In this document: positions 11,101 through 26,100 of the stretch, piece by piece | How the letters are laid out: each line of letters opens with the position of its first letter | How positions within the stretch are numbered: position 1 is the first letter of the stretch | Made by a program: the position numbers and the translations under genes | NCBI RefSeq assembly: GCF_004010195.1 | Contig: NC_057754.1 | Coordinates: 7,223,906-7,287,905, forward strand | Direction of reading: 5' to 3' | Length of the DNA: 64,000 nt | Source of the DNA: Chiloscyllium plagiosum | Taxonomy: Eukaryota | Notes under the pieces: generated by a model | Database searches by the model: none | What the model saw: only the letters and a program-made list of their open reading frames with translations | Told to the model about the DNA's origin: nothing

Positions 11101-14100
11101 ACTGTGGGAGGAAACCAACGTAGACACGGAGGAGAATGTGCAAACTCCACATAGACAGTCGCCTGAGGCTGGAATCGAACCTGGGTCCCTGGCACTGTGA
11201 GGCAGCAGTGTTAACGCACTGAGCCACCGTGCCGCAGTTAGATCCCTCTGACTGACATCCCCACTCCCTGCAGCGGTTCAATGTTCTGACCTTCAGCATT
11301 TTGAACCAAAGCCTAACACAAACATTCTGCCCTCAGCTTGCAACAAGCACACGGCTGTTGGGGATTCAATGGTTCGTACTGACCTCAGCGAATTGGGGTT
11401 GAGGTCCAATATAGCTGGGGAGATATTGAAATAGCTCCCGTTCCTTGTTATACAAGGGCTGCACAGATTGATAAGCTTAGACAAGCAGCAGCAAACATGA
11501 TACTCAATATCTATCAGCTGTTAGAGATACCACTGAGCCAGCTTCCATTCACACTGGTGCCGATTCTGAACTCATCCTTCAAAGACTTCAAAGTGGAAGA
11601 TCTTGGTTGATTTAACACCCTGTTAATTATTAGGCACACCAAGTCTCATCAGTCTCAGTTTAAAAATGTAATCTATAATTGATGGACCACACTCCAGATA
11701 AACAAAACCTCATTCACTTTGAGGTGGTCAATAATTGCTCTCATTCTTTATATCGCTTCCTAAGGTTGACAGTCCTGTGCTGGGTCGAGTGTGGGCACTG
11801 GAAAAGCATAGCAGGTCAGGCAGCATCTGAGGAGTAGGAGAATCGGGCCAGGGTCAGAGCCCGTCAGTCCTGTGTTGGTCCTGGCAAGGTTGAGCTGTGG
11901 GGTTCAAGGGCTGCTCTGTTCTGGTCCAGCACCATTAAGACCGAAAAGTTACACGTTTCCAATTCAAAACATTTGTCTGAAGCACACGTGGGCACATCCG
12001 CCACATTCGCTGAGACATTTAGGGGCAACTCTGAAGAGTTTAGGTGGCTCTCTGAAGAACTGATGGGCTTTTCCTGATACACACATATACACTCCAATAT
12101 AATTCAGGCCACCCAGTGTCAGTTGTCCTAGACTTACCCATTCACCCTTTAGTTTCACTTGAATTTCATGGATCTGAAGATTCAGCACTCTTAATTCATT
12201 TGCTGATAAATTCTAGCTTAGGGACAATTAGCACTGGGGGCCTGTGGGAGGGAACTGTAAATGCACCAGAAGCCCAGAGGCTGCTGAAAATTTCTAATTT
12301 GAAATGCAACTCTCCTTCCTTCTGCTTGAAAAAGACAATTCATGGCAATGCAAGAACATTACTTGTGATCACTGCGCTAGCCGCCCCTAGCTCCAGACCT
12401 AAAATAACACAGCTATCATTTACAGTCCTTGAGTCAGCTGGTTCAGTGAAGTGTACTAGTGGTTCAAAATGCAATTTGTTCTAAATGGCACAATTTACAC
12501 CTCTGCAGAGCAGTACTCCGAGAGATTACCCGTCTGCCTCTGAAGCAGGATGTGCAAACAACAGTTTGAGAGAGGATGTTAGGTGGAGATCAAATTTAAC
12601 TAACTGGCTCTGTAGCAAAAATGAGGCACAGAAGTAAAATATCACCCAAACAAATCAAAATCAGAAAATGCTGGAAATACACGTGTCAGGCAGCATCTGT
12701 AGGGAGGGCTCCTCCTCTGGGTGAAGACTAAAACTGGGGCATACAGCTTAAGAATAAGAAGTCTCTCTTAAATTAAAAGTGAAGTTTTTTGCTACCTGTT
12801 TAAAGGATTTTCAGAGTGTGGAATTCTCTTCCCAGAAGGTTATTAAGACTGGGTCTTGAAATTTAGTCAAAGTGGAATCAAGATAGATTTTTGATGGACA
12901 AGGCAATCAAGAGTGGAGAGGGGTAAATCAGCTGTGCTCATATTAAGTGGTGGAGCAGGCTGAACAGCTTTCCCCTGCTCCTAGGTGCTACACTCCTATG
13001 AAAGAAACAGTGCTGCCATTGCTCATCAATTACCTTTCAGCAAGACTCCCAGGGCATCTGTGAATCCAACGGGGAGGGCTTCAGATGTAAAGCAATGAGC
13101 AAAAACATCTGTCATAGACTCACCACTCCTGAGTGCTAAATGTGGAGTCAATGACGGAGACTCCACAAAACTATTCCAGACATCTACTACCCTCTGGGAG
13201 AGGAAACTCCCCTGTCTCTCAGTTTTAAACAAGTGTCCTCTTATTCCGCAACTAGTTTGACATGTCACTCACTAGTGGAAACACTTTGTCAATGTTGACT
13301 CAGCATATGGACTCAGTGGTTAGCACTGCTGCCTCACAGTATCAGGGACCAGAGTTGGATTCCAGTTTTGGGTGACTGCCTGTGTGAAGTTTGCATATTC
13401 TGTCCACCGTGCCTGCGTGGGTTTCCTCTGGGTGCTCTGGTTTCCTCCCACAATCCAAAGATGTACAGGTTAGGGTGGATTAGCCATGCTAAATTGCCCA
13501 TTGTCCAGGGATGTGTAGGTTAGGTGGATTAGTCATTAGGAGTAAATCAGAGCAATAGGGTGGGGGAATGGGTCTGCATGGGATACTCTTCAGAGGATCG
13601 GTGTGGATTTGTTGGGCCAAATGGAGGGATTCTATGACTCTTGTCAAGCCCCCTCAGAATCTTGTATATTTCAGTAAGATCACCCCCAACTCTTCTAAAC
13701 CATAATGAATAAAGCCTAACCCATTTAGCCATTTTTGATAGATCATCCCAAGAATCAGCCCACTGAGTTGCCTCCAATGCCAGTGTGTCTTTGAATACGG
13801 AGAGACTAAATGGAGAGGGGTCAAGCAAAGCAAATGGAGAGTTTTTGACTCCGTCGCAGTCAGTAACACTCACTTTTGCGACCACTCTATGTTCATGCCT
13901 GACTGCTGGGAGAAGGCCTGCAGCATTTCCTGCTGGGGCGCTGTGAGGGTGGGCACCGGACTGCTTGACGGTGTGGGTGCTGGCGTCACGAAGGCCTTGC
14001 GGATCTCCTCAGTGGTGGCATTCCTGATAAACAGCTGGTCATTCACAATGCAGAGCCTGTTCAGAGGAGGGAAACAGCTAAAGTAGCATCAAGGCAAACA

Positions 14101-17100
14101 ACTATCTGCATCGCTACCCGACTAAAAGCAACGATATTGAAAAATCAGGAAAAAAACAAGCATTGAAAATGATAACCTGAGCAGCTGGAACAGGTGAGGG
14201 GCCAGAGAGCTTGCTTCTAATGTCAGTGATGGCTCAAGAAGCATTAACCCACATGTCTGCTCTCCCACAAGCCTACCAGACTGCTGCATACTTTCTAAGT
14301 AAAAACAATGACTGCAGACGCTGGAAACCAGATTCTGGATTAGTGGTGCTGGAAGAACACAGCAGTTCAGGCAGCATCCAAGGAGCAGTAAAATTGACGT
14401 TTCGGTATTCCTGATGAAGGGCTTTTGCCTGAAACGTCAATTTTACTGCTCCTCGGATGCTGCCTGAACTGCTGTGTTCTTCCAGCACCACTAATCCAGA
14501 TGCTGCATACTTTCTGCAGACTCCAGACTGACATCGGTACTGCACCCACCCTTTTAAACCAACCCGACTCCAGCCTTGAGAAACCATGTGCGAGCCCAAA
14601 CTACACAGTTGTGTATGAAAATGAAAAAATAACTTACCCTGCATTCCCAGCAGGTACAGCAATGAACACTCTTGAGAACGCCCTCACAGACTCCCTGGAT
14701 TTACTATCCACTGTGACAAAATTAAGATTTGTGAAGGATTAGCTTCCAGGAACTTAAACAATAACTTTACTTTTTAAAGCTTAAAAGTAAATTGATTTAG
14801 TTTACGCACCTTCTTTGAAAACTCCATGTACATTAAAACAGAGTAATGTATTCTGAAACAGAAACCAAACGTCTTATATTACATGTTTATTAAAGCACGG
14901 GACAATTGTCAGAGCATTAATGTACTCAAGTCCCATTTTAGAGAGTTGGGCACAGATTCTGGGCTGACACTCTCAGGACTGTACTGAGGAGTGCTGCACT
15001 GCCATCTTTCTGACAGAGCAGTAAACTGAAGACCCTTCTGCCCCTTTTGGGTGGGTGTAGACGATCTCTCAGCCAATATCTTCCTGGTGTCCTGGGGCCA
15101 ATATTTCCCTCTCATCTGCCATCACTGAAAACAAGTTATCTGCCCATTACTGCAGTCACGGCATTGGGAGCATGCTGTGTCCAAATAAGATTTGGAGATG
15201 CCGTTGTTGGACTGGGGTGTACAAAGTTAAAAATCACACAACACCAGGTAATAGCTGAAAATGTGTTGCTGGAAAAGCGCAGCAGGTCAGGCAGCATACA
15301 GGGAACAGGAGAATCGACGTTTCAGGAATCCTGAAGAAGGGCTTATGCCCGAAACGTCGATTCTCCTGTTCCCTGGATGCTGCCTGACCTGCTGCGCTTT
15401 TCCAGCAACACATTTTCAGCTCTGATCTCCAGCATCTGCAGACCTCACTTTCTCATCACCAGGTTATAGTCCAACAGCTCTATTTGGAAGCTCTGAAAGC
15501 TTGTGCTTCCGAATAAACCTGTTGGACTATAACCAGGTTCGGTGTGATTTTTAACTGCGTCCAAATAAATGTTTCCAATGTTATAACAGGGGTTACACTT
15601 CAAAATTAGCCTAAAGACCTTGTGAAAGTCACAGCTAAATCCTAGTTTTTAACTTCTTTACATGGCATTGAGGAATCATTATGTGCAGTCAAATGTCACA
15701 GTACTAATGAAGTCACAGAGTCAGAGTTCTACAGCACAGAGACAGGCCACTGGTCCATGCTGACCAAAATGTCCATCCACGTAAACCCCATTTCCCTGCA
15801 CTTGGCCCATAACCTTCTAAACCTTCTCTATCCCTGTATTTGTCCAAACATCTTTTAAATGTTAATGAAACCGCCACAACCACTTCTATCATGTGTGGTC
15901 ATTATCAGTGTGATATTGAGGCAAACAAGGCAGATAGTCCATGAGTTACTCAAGCAAGTCAGCAGATCTCAGCCAGGATGCTTGCTTTGTCATGGGGAGT
16001 TGCATAACAGGACCCCCAGGCTATAAGGTAAATAACAACAGAGACATCATGGCAATTTTTGTTAACAGAAGCCTGGATTAACGTCTGGACATGAGCAGTC
16101 AAATCTCACCACTACAGCTGGTGGAATGTAAAATCGACTCATGAATAAAACATCAGGGATAAAAAGCTAATCTCAACAATTCAAGCCATCAGTCTAGAAA
16201 CACATCAGGTTCACTAACGGTCTCTAGGGAAGGAGATTTGCTGTCCTTGCTTGGCCTGACCTATATGTATTCCCCAGCCCTTGGCAATGTAGTAGACTCT
16301 GAAATGATGCAATAATCCATACAACAGTATCATACAATGACTGAAAAGCCAAATGAAAATCAAGCTAATTGAAAGGCCCACATTTGACTAAGGCACAACC
16401 AAGCCCTCCTCACTAACACCACTTATATTTTTTGGCATTGGGACAATAGACATGAGTTGTACAACAGCCTCGCAGAGTCACACTCACTGAATCACACCTT
16501 GCAGACATCATTAGCACCAGCCCAAGGAACAAGGGCACAAAATGGACTCTGCACAGAAATGGACTTTAACACCTACCACCAACAGTAGCTTGTTAGCATC
16601 ACTGCTACTGTTATGGTCAAGTTGTAGAAACACAGGTGCCAGACTGGGCCGGAAGCAACCAACAAGAGGGGAAATGCCCGTTTCACCATGCCGTCAAATT
16701 TCAGTCCATGATGGTGATCATTATGGGCCACCAGCAGAACTGTATGCAATCGCAATCTGTAATTTCATGTTTAAAATCACACAACACCAGGTTATAGTCC
16801 AACAGGTTTAATTGGAAGCACACTAGCCTTCATCAGGTGATAGCGGAGGGCTTGATCGTAACACAGAATTTATAGCAAAAATTTACAGTGTGATGTAACT
16901 GAAATTATACATTGAAACACTGATTGTCTGTTAAGCCTTTCATCTGTTAGAATACAGTGATAGTTTCATTTCTTTCATGTGTAAATCACAAAACTTTTTT
17001 TTAAAGTTGCATTCTCGGGTTAGCTGTTAACAATGGTGATAGCCAGACAATATGTTGACAATCAATGTTTCAATGTATAACTTCAGTTACATCACACTGT

Positions 17101-20100
17101 AAATTTTTGCTATAAATTCTATGTTACGATTGAGCCCTCCACAATCACCTGATGAAGGAGCGTCGCTCCGAAAGCTAGTGTGCTTCCAATTAAACCTGTT
17201 GGACTATAATCTGGTGTTGTGTGATTTTTAACTTTGTACACCCCAGTTCAACACTGGCATCTCCAAATCATGTAATTTCATGGCACAGCATGGCCCCCAA
17301 TTTAACATTACCATCGGAATCCTGTTTTAAATAGTCAACATAGAACAGCACAGCATAGGAAGAGGCTCTTCAGCCCCCACGATGCTGTGCCGAACAGGAC
17401 GCCAAATTAAACCAATTCTGCTCTTGGCCCATATCCTTGCATATTCGTGCTTTTACCTAAAAGCCCCTTAAATGCCCCAATTGTATCTGCATAAACTACC
17501 ACCGCTGGCAACGGGCTCCAAACTCCTACTATACTGAAAAAAACTTGCGGAGAAAGTGAGGTCTGCAGATGCTGGAGATCAGAGCTGAAAATGTGTTGCT
17601 GGAACAGCGCAGCAGGTCAGACAGCATCCAGGGAACAGGAGAATCGACGTTTCAGGCATAAGTCCTTCTTCAGGAAACGTCGATTCTCCTGTTCCCTGGA
17701 TGCTGTCTGACCTGCTGCGCTGTTCCAGCAACACATTTTCAGCGCTGAAAAAAACTTGCCCCTCGCATCTCCTTTGAACTTTCCCCGCTCACCTGAAATG
17801 CATGCCCCCTGGTATTAGACATTCAACTCTGGGAAAAGACTGTCAACCTTACCTATGCATCTCAATTTTAGAGACTGCTATCAAGTCTCCCCTCAGCCTC
17901 TACTGTTCCAGAGAAAACAACAAGAGTTTTTCCAGCCTCTCCTTATAGCTCATTCCCTCTAATCCAGGCAATATCCCGGTAAACCTCTTCTGCACCCTCT
18001 CCAAAGCCTCCACATCCTTCCTGTAATGCGTCAACCAGGATTGAACTCAATACTCGGACTGTGGCCTCACCAAAATCTTATGAAGCTGCACCATGATATC
18101 CTGACTTTCATACTCAATTCGCTGACCAGTAAAGGCCATACGCCTTCTTTACCACCCTATCTACTCACGGGGCTACTTTCAGGGAGCTATGGACTTGAAC
18201 CCCAACACCCCACTGTACATCAATGCTGTTCAGGGTCTTGTCATTAACTGTATACTTTTCCTTAACATTTGATCTCCCCAAGTTCAGCACCTCACACTTA
18301 GCCAGATTAAACTCCACCTGCCATTTCTCCCCCGTATCTACAACTGATCTCTATCCTGCTGTACCCTTTGACAACCTTCTACATCATCCACAACTCCACC
18401 AATCTGTGGTGTCTGCAAACGTACTAATCCACCCATCTATACTTTCATCCAAGACATTTAGATATATCACAAACAGCAGAGGTCCCAGTTCAGATCCCTG
18501 AGGAATACCACTAGTCACAGATGTCCAGCCAGAAAAACACCCTTTCATCAATATCCTCTGCCTTCTATGGGCAAGCCAATTCTGAATCCATGTGGCCAGG
18601 TCACTGTGCATCCCATGCAACTTAATCTTCTGGATGAGCCTACCATGAGAGACCTTGTCAAAAGTCTTATTAAGATCCACGTAGACAACATCCACTGCTC
18701 CATCCTCATTGATTATCTTCGTCTCCTTGAAAAGTTCAATCAAGTCTTACTTTATTTTTAAAGCAAGATTCCTGGTCGAGATTCTCCCACAAGCAGAAAC
18801 ATCCTCTCCACACCTACCTTGTCCAGACCCCTCTGGATCTTTTGTTTCAATCAAGTCACTTCTTACTGTTCTAAACTCCGACAGATACAACCATGTCTGC
18901 CCTTCATGAGACAACACGGCCATTCCAGGAATTGGGCTGGTAAACCTTCTTTGAATGCTTCCATTCATCTTTTCATTACTGCAGGCAGAGTGTTTCAGAC
19001 ACTACACCACACTCTGGGTGTAAAAGGTTTTCTTACCTCACGCCCAACTCTTTCCATCAATTATTTTAAACCTATCCTCATCCACGGTCTTTCTTGCCAA
19101 GGGAAATACGTTCTTCCTGTTTCAGGCCCTTGATAACTTTATAAATCTCAAGCAAATCTCCCCTCAGCCTCCTCAGTTGCAAGGAGGTCAGAAGCCACAC
19201 ACAAAACCAGGTTACAGTCCAACAGGTTTATTTGAAATCACAAGCTTCGTCACTCCACCTGACGGAGAAGCAGCGCTCCGAAAGCTTGAGATTTCAAATA
19301 AACCTGTTGGACTAGAACCTGGTGTAGGGTGACTTCTGACCTTGTCTGCCCCAGTCCAACACACGCACCTCCACATCGTGTTGCAGAAAAAACACCAGTC
19401 TATTCAATCTTCCCTCAAAGCTGCATTTTCCAGCTCAAATTATTCTCTGTACCTTCTCCAGCGTAAACACATACTGACTGTAATGAAGTGGCCAGAACAG
19501 CATACAATACTCAGAAGTATGGACTAATTATATATTCAGCATAACTTCTCGCCTCTTCCATACGTGGGGATAATGCACTAAGAGGATCCATCAACCTACC
19601 GAATGATGGATTAGGCTCGAAGGACTGAGTGGCTTCTTTTACTTCCAGTTTCTACATGATTTCTTTTTTGTTTTTATAGAATCCCTACAGTGTGGAAGCA
19701 GGCCATTTCACCCAACAAGTCCACACCAACCCTCCAAAACAGGGACCCACTGATACCTATTCTCCTATTACTCTAAATTTGCCCTGACTAATGCACCTAA
19801 CTACATATGCCTGAGCACTACAGGACAATTTAGCACGGCCAATCCACCCTAACCTGTACATCCCTGAACACTATGGAACAATTTAGCATGACCAATCGAC
19901 CCTAACCTGTACATCCCTGAATACTATGGGACAATTTAGCACGGCCAATCCACCCTAACCTGCACATCCCTGAACACTATGAGACAATTTAGCACGTCCA
20001 ATCCACCCTCACTTGCACTGTGGGACAATTTAGCATAGTCAATCCACCCTGATCTCCACATCCCTGAAAACTATGGGACAATTTAGTATGGTCAATCCAC

Positions 20101-23100
20101 CTAATCTGCCAATCCTAACTGAAGTATCTACCGGTCATTCTACCTTCATAGACCTGCAAACATTGACTCCAAGATCAGAAGTGGGGTTGTTTAATGATGG
20201 ATTATCTGAGGATCTGCGAGCACTATGCAACTGTACCTATTTGACATCAGCCAGGACAACACAGCCACTTTACCAGAATTCCAACCAACACACACAATCA
20301 TTCTTTCCACATTGACACTCAGTAACACTATCTACAAGATCCACTGCAACAACTCATCAAGGCTCCTCCAACAGCACGTTTCAAACCTCTTGGAAGGATG
20401 GGGACAGTAGATTCAGGGAGCAACACCATCTCCAAGTTACACACCACCCTAACTTGGAATTATACTGTCATTCCTTCACTATTGCTCGGTCAAAATCCTG
20501 GGGTGGGCAATAAAGGATTGCAACCACCCCATGAATGAGTTACAAGAAGAAATTCAGATAAAGCGTTCGCATGTTGGACGGATATACTCCACTGGGAAAG
20601 ATTCCCATGCTGGCAGGCCAAGTGAAGGAAGGGTAATACTTGTTTACAGTGGAAAATACAGGGAGCGGTGCATTTAGAGAATAACCTCACTGGTTTACTG
20701 CACCATAAGCTGTGCCACATACTGCTAATTGCTACATTCATGGGCCCATTTCATTTCTGTGACAAAACATAAGACGATCGGGTCTTCCCATACAGCATAT
20801 AACAGATCATCACCAAAAGGCAGAACACGTGCACCAACAGAAGATAGGGATAAGTAAAAGGAAGACATGCAAAAAAACTCGAGAGAGAGAAAGGTAAACA
20901 GCAGGTGCAGTCTACGTTTTTGCCATGCCGCACAGTTATTCCTTCATCATCCCTGGGCCATAGTTCTGCAATGGCCTGCCTAACAACACTCGTGAAGCAC
21001 CTTCACCTTATGCCATCCAGCAAATCAAGGAGAAAACTCACCAACCACCTTCTCAAGAGCCAATTCAGAACAGTTAACTAAAGCAGCTTTTACAGGAAAA
21101 TGCTCACATCTCCAGATTTGACTGAATAAAGAAAAAGAAGGTTGAGTCTTCACTTTCTTCAAAATTTGTTCACAGGGTGCAGGTACTGGTATTTATCGTT
21201 CAACCATTTGAGAAGTAGGTGGTGAGTTGCCTTGTTAAAATGCTGCAGTCAGTGCAGCTGAGGGAGGGAGGTCCACGATTCTAACTCTCCTGTAGTGAAG
21301 GAACGGCTAACACAGTGCCACATCAGCTGAATAGGGGCATGGAGGCAAAATAGGGGCATGGAACTGGTCAAAAGACAAGGAGACTTAGCTTTTGAGGGCT
21401 TGACATGTTCCATGCCCACAACTGCCATTGCGTGACGGAGTCATAAAGAAGGGAAGTATGGATGTCCAAGCTGCGCAGTTCCCCCTGCAGAGGAATTAGG
21501 AGCAGAAGGACATGATTTGGCCCCTCGAACCTACTCCAGCAGTACGAACATTGCTGGAAATCCCAGGCAGGTTCAGATATGGGACACCTGTAAGCCCAAC
21601 AGTTTGCTGACACTCAAAATATAGACTGATCCATGAGGAGTGGACACATAGGCAATGCATTTTTCCACCCCCTCCGCCCAGTCATCATTTTGAAATCTGA
21701 ACTGAGTGTCTCCAGGATGAAGGGGGAGAGAGAGGAAGGCTGCAGAAGGTTGCACAAGGAAGTGAGTCAACAGGACAGTCACAGAAAACAATCAGCCCTT
21801 CCACTTACTGTTTGAGTGCTCACATCCACCACAAAGGAGGCTATGTCATGCTGTGTCTTTGGGAGTTCGTTGAGAAAGGCGACAACATTCAGTCTGGTGT
21901 GTTTCAGCAGCTTCGCCCGAAGTGCTATGAGCAAAACAAAACAAAGGGAGATAATTAGTTGAAAGCAAAAATACCCAAAGAAGGGACTCCAGCAGGAATT
22001 ACAAAAAAAAACACATACTAACTCTTGACTAATGAAGGCCTTATTTGGACTAAGGTATATGCTGTCCAAGCACTGTGCCTCCAATGTTTATTGCTGCAGA
22101 GCAATAAAAACAGGGCCCTGTCACATTCTCTGCTTGTGCCACTGAACGCGGCCGCGACAACATGGAAACATTTTGCAGAAACAACATTTCTCACTTGCTT
22201 CATGCAAGGGGAAGCATTGATTTGTGTTTCAACACATGGTTTTTAAAAATTATCTTCCTGGCTGTCTTCTCATATCTCAATATGTTGACACACTCAGTGT
22301 GGTAAACTTTGGCCTCCAGTGTCTCAAGACTGTACAATAAGGATTTCAGATTGCAGCAGGCAGTAAAAGCATTCATTAGCACAGTGTAACTGACCTTGGT
22401 TACACTGCAGCCAAAACCTAAACTGTGCACTTTCCCTTTTCTAAGTCAAACCCTAGGCTTCAGAAACGGTGACAAATGACAAACCCCAATTATTGGGGCT
22501 CAAATGATTGAATCCTCGAGATGTCTTCAGAATCTCCCTTCAGCATTCCCTTCTGCAGGAAAGCCTCTGAGCTCAGGCACTGCAAGCTGTTTATTAGCTC
22601 CTTCATGCAGTGCCCTTCCTGTCCCAACCCAATGTCTGGATATTCTTGCTGTAGCACAACATACAAAACCGAAGCAGTAGGAGGCCATTTACCCCTCGTG
22701 CGCCATCACACCATTCAACATGACAAGCTTCAATGCCTCTTTCATGATTAATCCTCATAGACCTCAACCCCCCCCACTAATGAAAATAGACCCAATCTGT
22801 TTAGTCATTCTTGAAAAATCAATCCCTTCACCTCAGGAATAAGCCTAGTGAATGTCTTTCAAACAGCCTTTCTTAAAAATGGGGATCAAAACTGCACACA
22901 GTACTCTGGATGCACCTCACCAACACGCTGCTCAGTTGTAACAAGACTTCCCGGTTATTAAATTCCAAACCCCTTGTAATAAATGTTAAAATTCCATTTG
23001 CATTCTTAATTTCTTGCTGCACTTACATGCTAACATTTGATATTTCATGCACAAGAACATACAGATCTCACTGCACTGCATTTTTGGGGTATCCCTTCAT

Positions 23101-26100
23101 TTAAATAGGAGTCTTCCTTTCGATTCTTCTGAATAAAGTCCATTAGTGTTATGAAGTATCTGCTTCAATGCCTTCCACTCACTCTCCTCTTTGCTTATTG
23201 TCCAAGCCTGCTTTGGACAACTCTTTCTTCACACCTCTGTAACTGTCCTTTTTAAGTTGGTTTGAGATGGAGGTGTTCTTCCTGAATATTAATTGAAGGC
23301 GATATTAGAAGATCTAAAAGAGTCCGTTCCTGATTAGGTTCTGCAATGTACTGCTCTAAGAAACAATCCCTGATGCATTCCGCGAATTTGTTTTTCATGG
23401 TACCCTTTGCCTGTCTAAACCTGCACTGATATTTGACGATGATCTTCAGTGAGGCCACTCAATCCTGACTTAAACCCTGGTATTATTGAGCAATATACTT
23501 AAATCTAATTTGGAATACTCTACAAGGTTTTTGTTTTTGAAAAGAGCAGTACTACAATTTTAAATAGCTGAGATAAAGCAAAAGCAGTATACTGGTGTTT
23601 CAATGCTCTCTGAAATGGATGGGGCAGCTGAAGGTTTGTGACATGAGGCCTCAAGCGGAGTTCTCTCCAGCCAGCGCAGCCAAGGGTCACTGGGCATTTG
23701 CCCCGATGCAGTTCAAGAGGCAATGTTCCAGTGTAATGCCCATCTGATAATGCTGTCAGGTTTATACTGCTCATCATCTACTCTTCACACTTGCAACCTT
23801 GCAATCTGGCTGCATTTGCTGCCTCCTGAATGTGGTGCTGGAAAAGCACAGCAGGTCAGGCAGTATCCGAGATGCTACCTGACCTGCTGTGCTTTTCCAG
23901 CACCACACTATCTCGACTCTGATCGCCAGCATCTGGAGTCCTCACTTCCTCCTTAGCTGCCTCCACCCTATCCTTTCATCTCGAGAATCTCTTTCTTCCA
24001 CAATTCTTGTCAGGGGAAATTTGTACTGTGAAGAAGTCCTTCCCTTAACTGCTCTCTGCCCCTCTAAAAACTTCAAATCCATTCCCCCGCTAATACCAGC
24101 AACCACTCCTGTTCCTAAACTCACCCCCTGCCAGGTACAATCATCCTGCTTCTTCCTCCTATCTCAGAGTGCATTTGTACACCTTACATGGTATAGCAAG
24201 GTGTACAAATGTGAGGTACTGCCAGCAATTAAACAGCGCTAGCCATAACAGTGGAGCCTAATTCTACTCTCACTCCACATTCACAGGCTCAGCAGATGGT
24301 CAACTAGAAACTGGGCTAACGTTCAGCTTCTCACAGCAGATTCCTGCCCAAGAGATCAGCAATCATGAAAGCTGGGAACATTCTATCCTGCACAACGCAT
24401 GGGAGGGTGCGCAGGGCTGAAATCGGTTGCACGAATGGCTAGGTGGTGCAGTAATGAGAGACACAAACTGCACAGGTTAAGGTTGAATCCCTGGTCTGTA
24501 CGGAGCTAGCAGATCCTATCCAGGGCTGTGACCATGGGCTCAAAGAACATGACACTGGAGTCATCATTTCTCATTACTGTCAGAGACCCTGTGAATGTGG
24601 GTGCTAGATAACAATTACAATACCCCAATGGCAGAAGAACGTTCATACAAGGTCAGCCTCTCTAGTGAGGTTCCACATAGCTGGAATAAGAGAGGAGCCT
24701 GATTCAGCGATTTCCGGATAGTACGGAGCGAAGTCAAAATAAAAGCTTGAGTTGTTTTCAATATTACTCTTATCAGACGGCAGATTATTTTATCACAGGT
24801 AGAAAAGACAGATAAGATTGCAATTGACAGAATACAAATATATCCTGTAAGACGAGGATTCCAGCAAAAACAATGCAACATCTCAAAAAGTACACAGAGC
24901 CTGGGTTTGGAAAGTGGTGCAAGATACAGCAGTTAATATGAAATCCAGCAGGCACAAGTACACGGATGTGCTATACAATAGGATTGTACTGGACTTTATC
25001 ACCTGCTTCCCCGATCATCTGGGTGCTTTGAAACTGAATGACTCATTTTAAAAAAATCAAACATGGAGTGATAACCTAATGCAAAGTTGGCTTTCAGTAC
25101 TTTTCAAATAAATGCCATTTTGTTTATGACACCAATCATCACATGATCGATCGCAAGAGTCTACACCAGATCTTTCAGCTGGATCAGAAGCTAATCTGTT
25201 TAAAAGAAACGCCCTCGTTTGAGTCCTGAGCGTCCGGTCTGAGCCCAGAGGAATTTTCCATAGTTTTGTTTTAAAAATCACAAAGCAAAACGGATTTTAA
25301 TATCTTCTGATATTGATTGATTTGCGATTCACTTTAGATGGAAACAGAGCAACGGTCATAGAGATATACAGCATGGAAACAGACCCTTCGGTCCAACCTG
25401 TCCATGTCGACCAGATATCCCAATCCAATCTAGTCCCACCTGCTAGCACCCGGCCCATATCCCTCCAAACTCTTCCTATTCATATACCCATCCAAATGCC
25501 CCTTAAATGGTGCAATTGTACTAACCTCGACCACATCCTGTGGCAGCTCATTCCATACACACACCACCCTCTGTGTGAAAAGGTTGCCTCGTAGGTCTCT
25601 TTTATATCTTTCCCCTCTCACCCTAAACCTATGCCCTCTAGCTCTGGACTCTCGACCCCAGGGAAAAGACTTTGCCTACTTACCCTATCCGTGCCCCTCA
25701 TAATTTGGTAAACCTCTATTTGGCCACCCACAGTGTTCTTTTAAAGGACAGAATGCTGCATATGAAATCAAAAATCAAATGGCATTTGACTTACTTGGGT
25801 CCTTCAGTCTCCTCACGTTTCTGCTCTCCTTGAAATACTCTCCCAGACTGCTCCTGCTTGGACACAACACATTATTTTCAGGACAGTGAAGAAGTGCAGC
25901 TCTTGCAAGGTGAGGTAATAGCTGCCCCAAGTTGTTTCCTTCACAACGCCACAGTAAAATGTTATGTAAGAATAACCATTTAAAAAAATTCACTCAAGAA
26001 TCTTCATGCTCTCCTTTCAGTTCTGTTTGCTGCGATAATGCACATTCCAGGTACAGAATATTTTCTGCCTAATCAAAGGGGCAGTGTCTCAAGCATCCAT

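Noticed and set aside
11170..11235. tRNA gene
   Set aside because: The A/B boxes belong to the head of a multi-copy SINE; no complete cloverleaf.
16682..16718. Hairpin tcaccat...atggtga with a TGACGG motif on the minus strand, as a second CTE
   Set aside because: Lacks the AACCUAAGACAGG strand; a short stem like this is expected by chance.
19800..20110. CRISPR-like array
   Set aside because: Eukaryotic tandem repeat without unique spacers; derived from a SINE.
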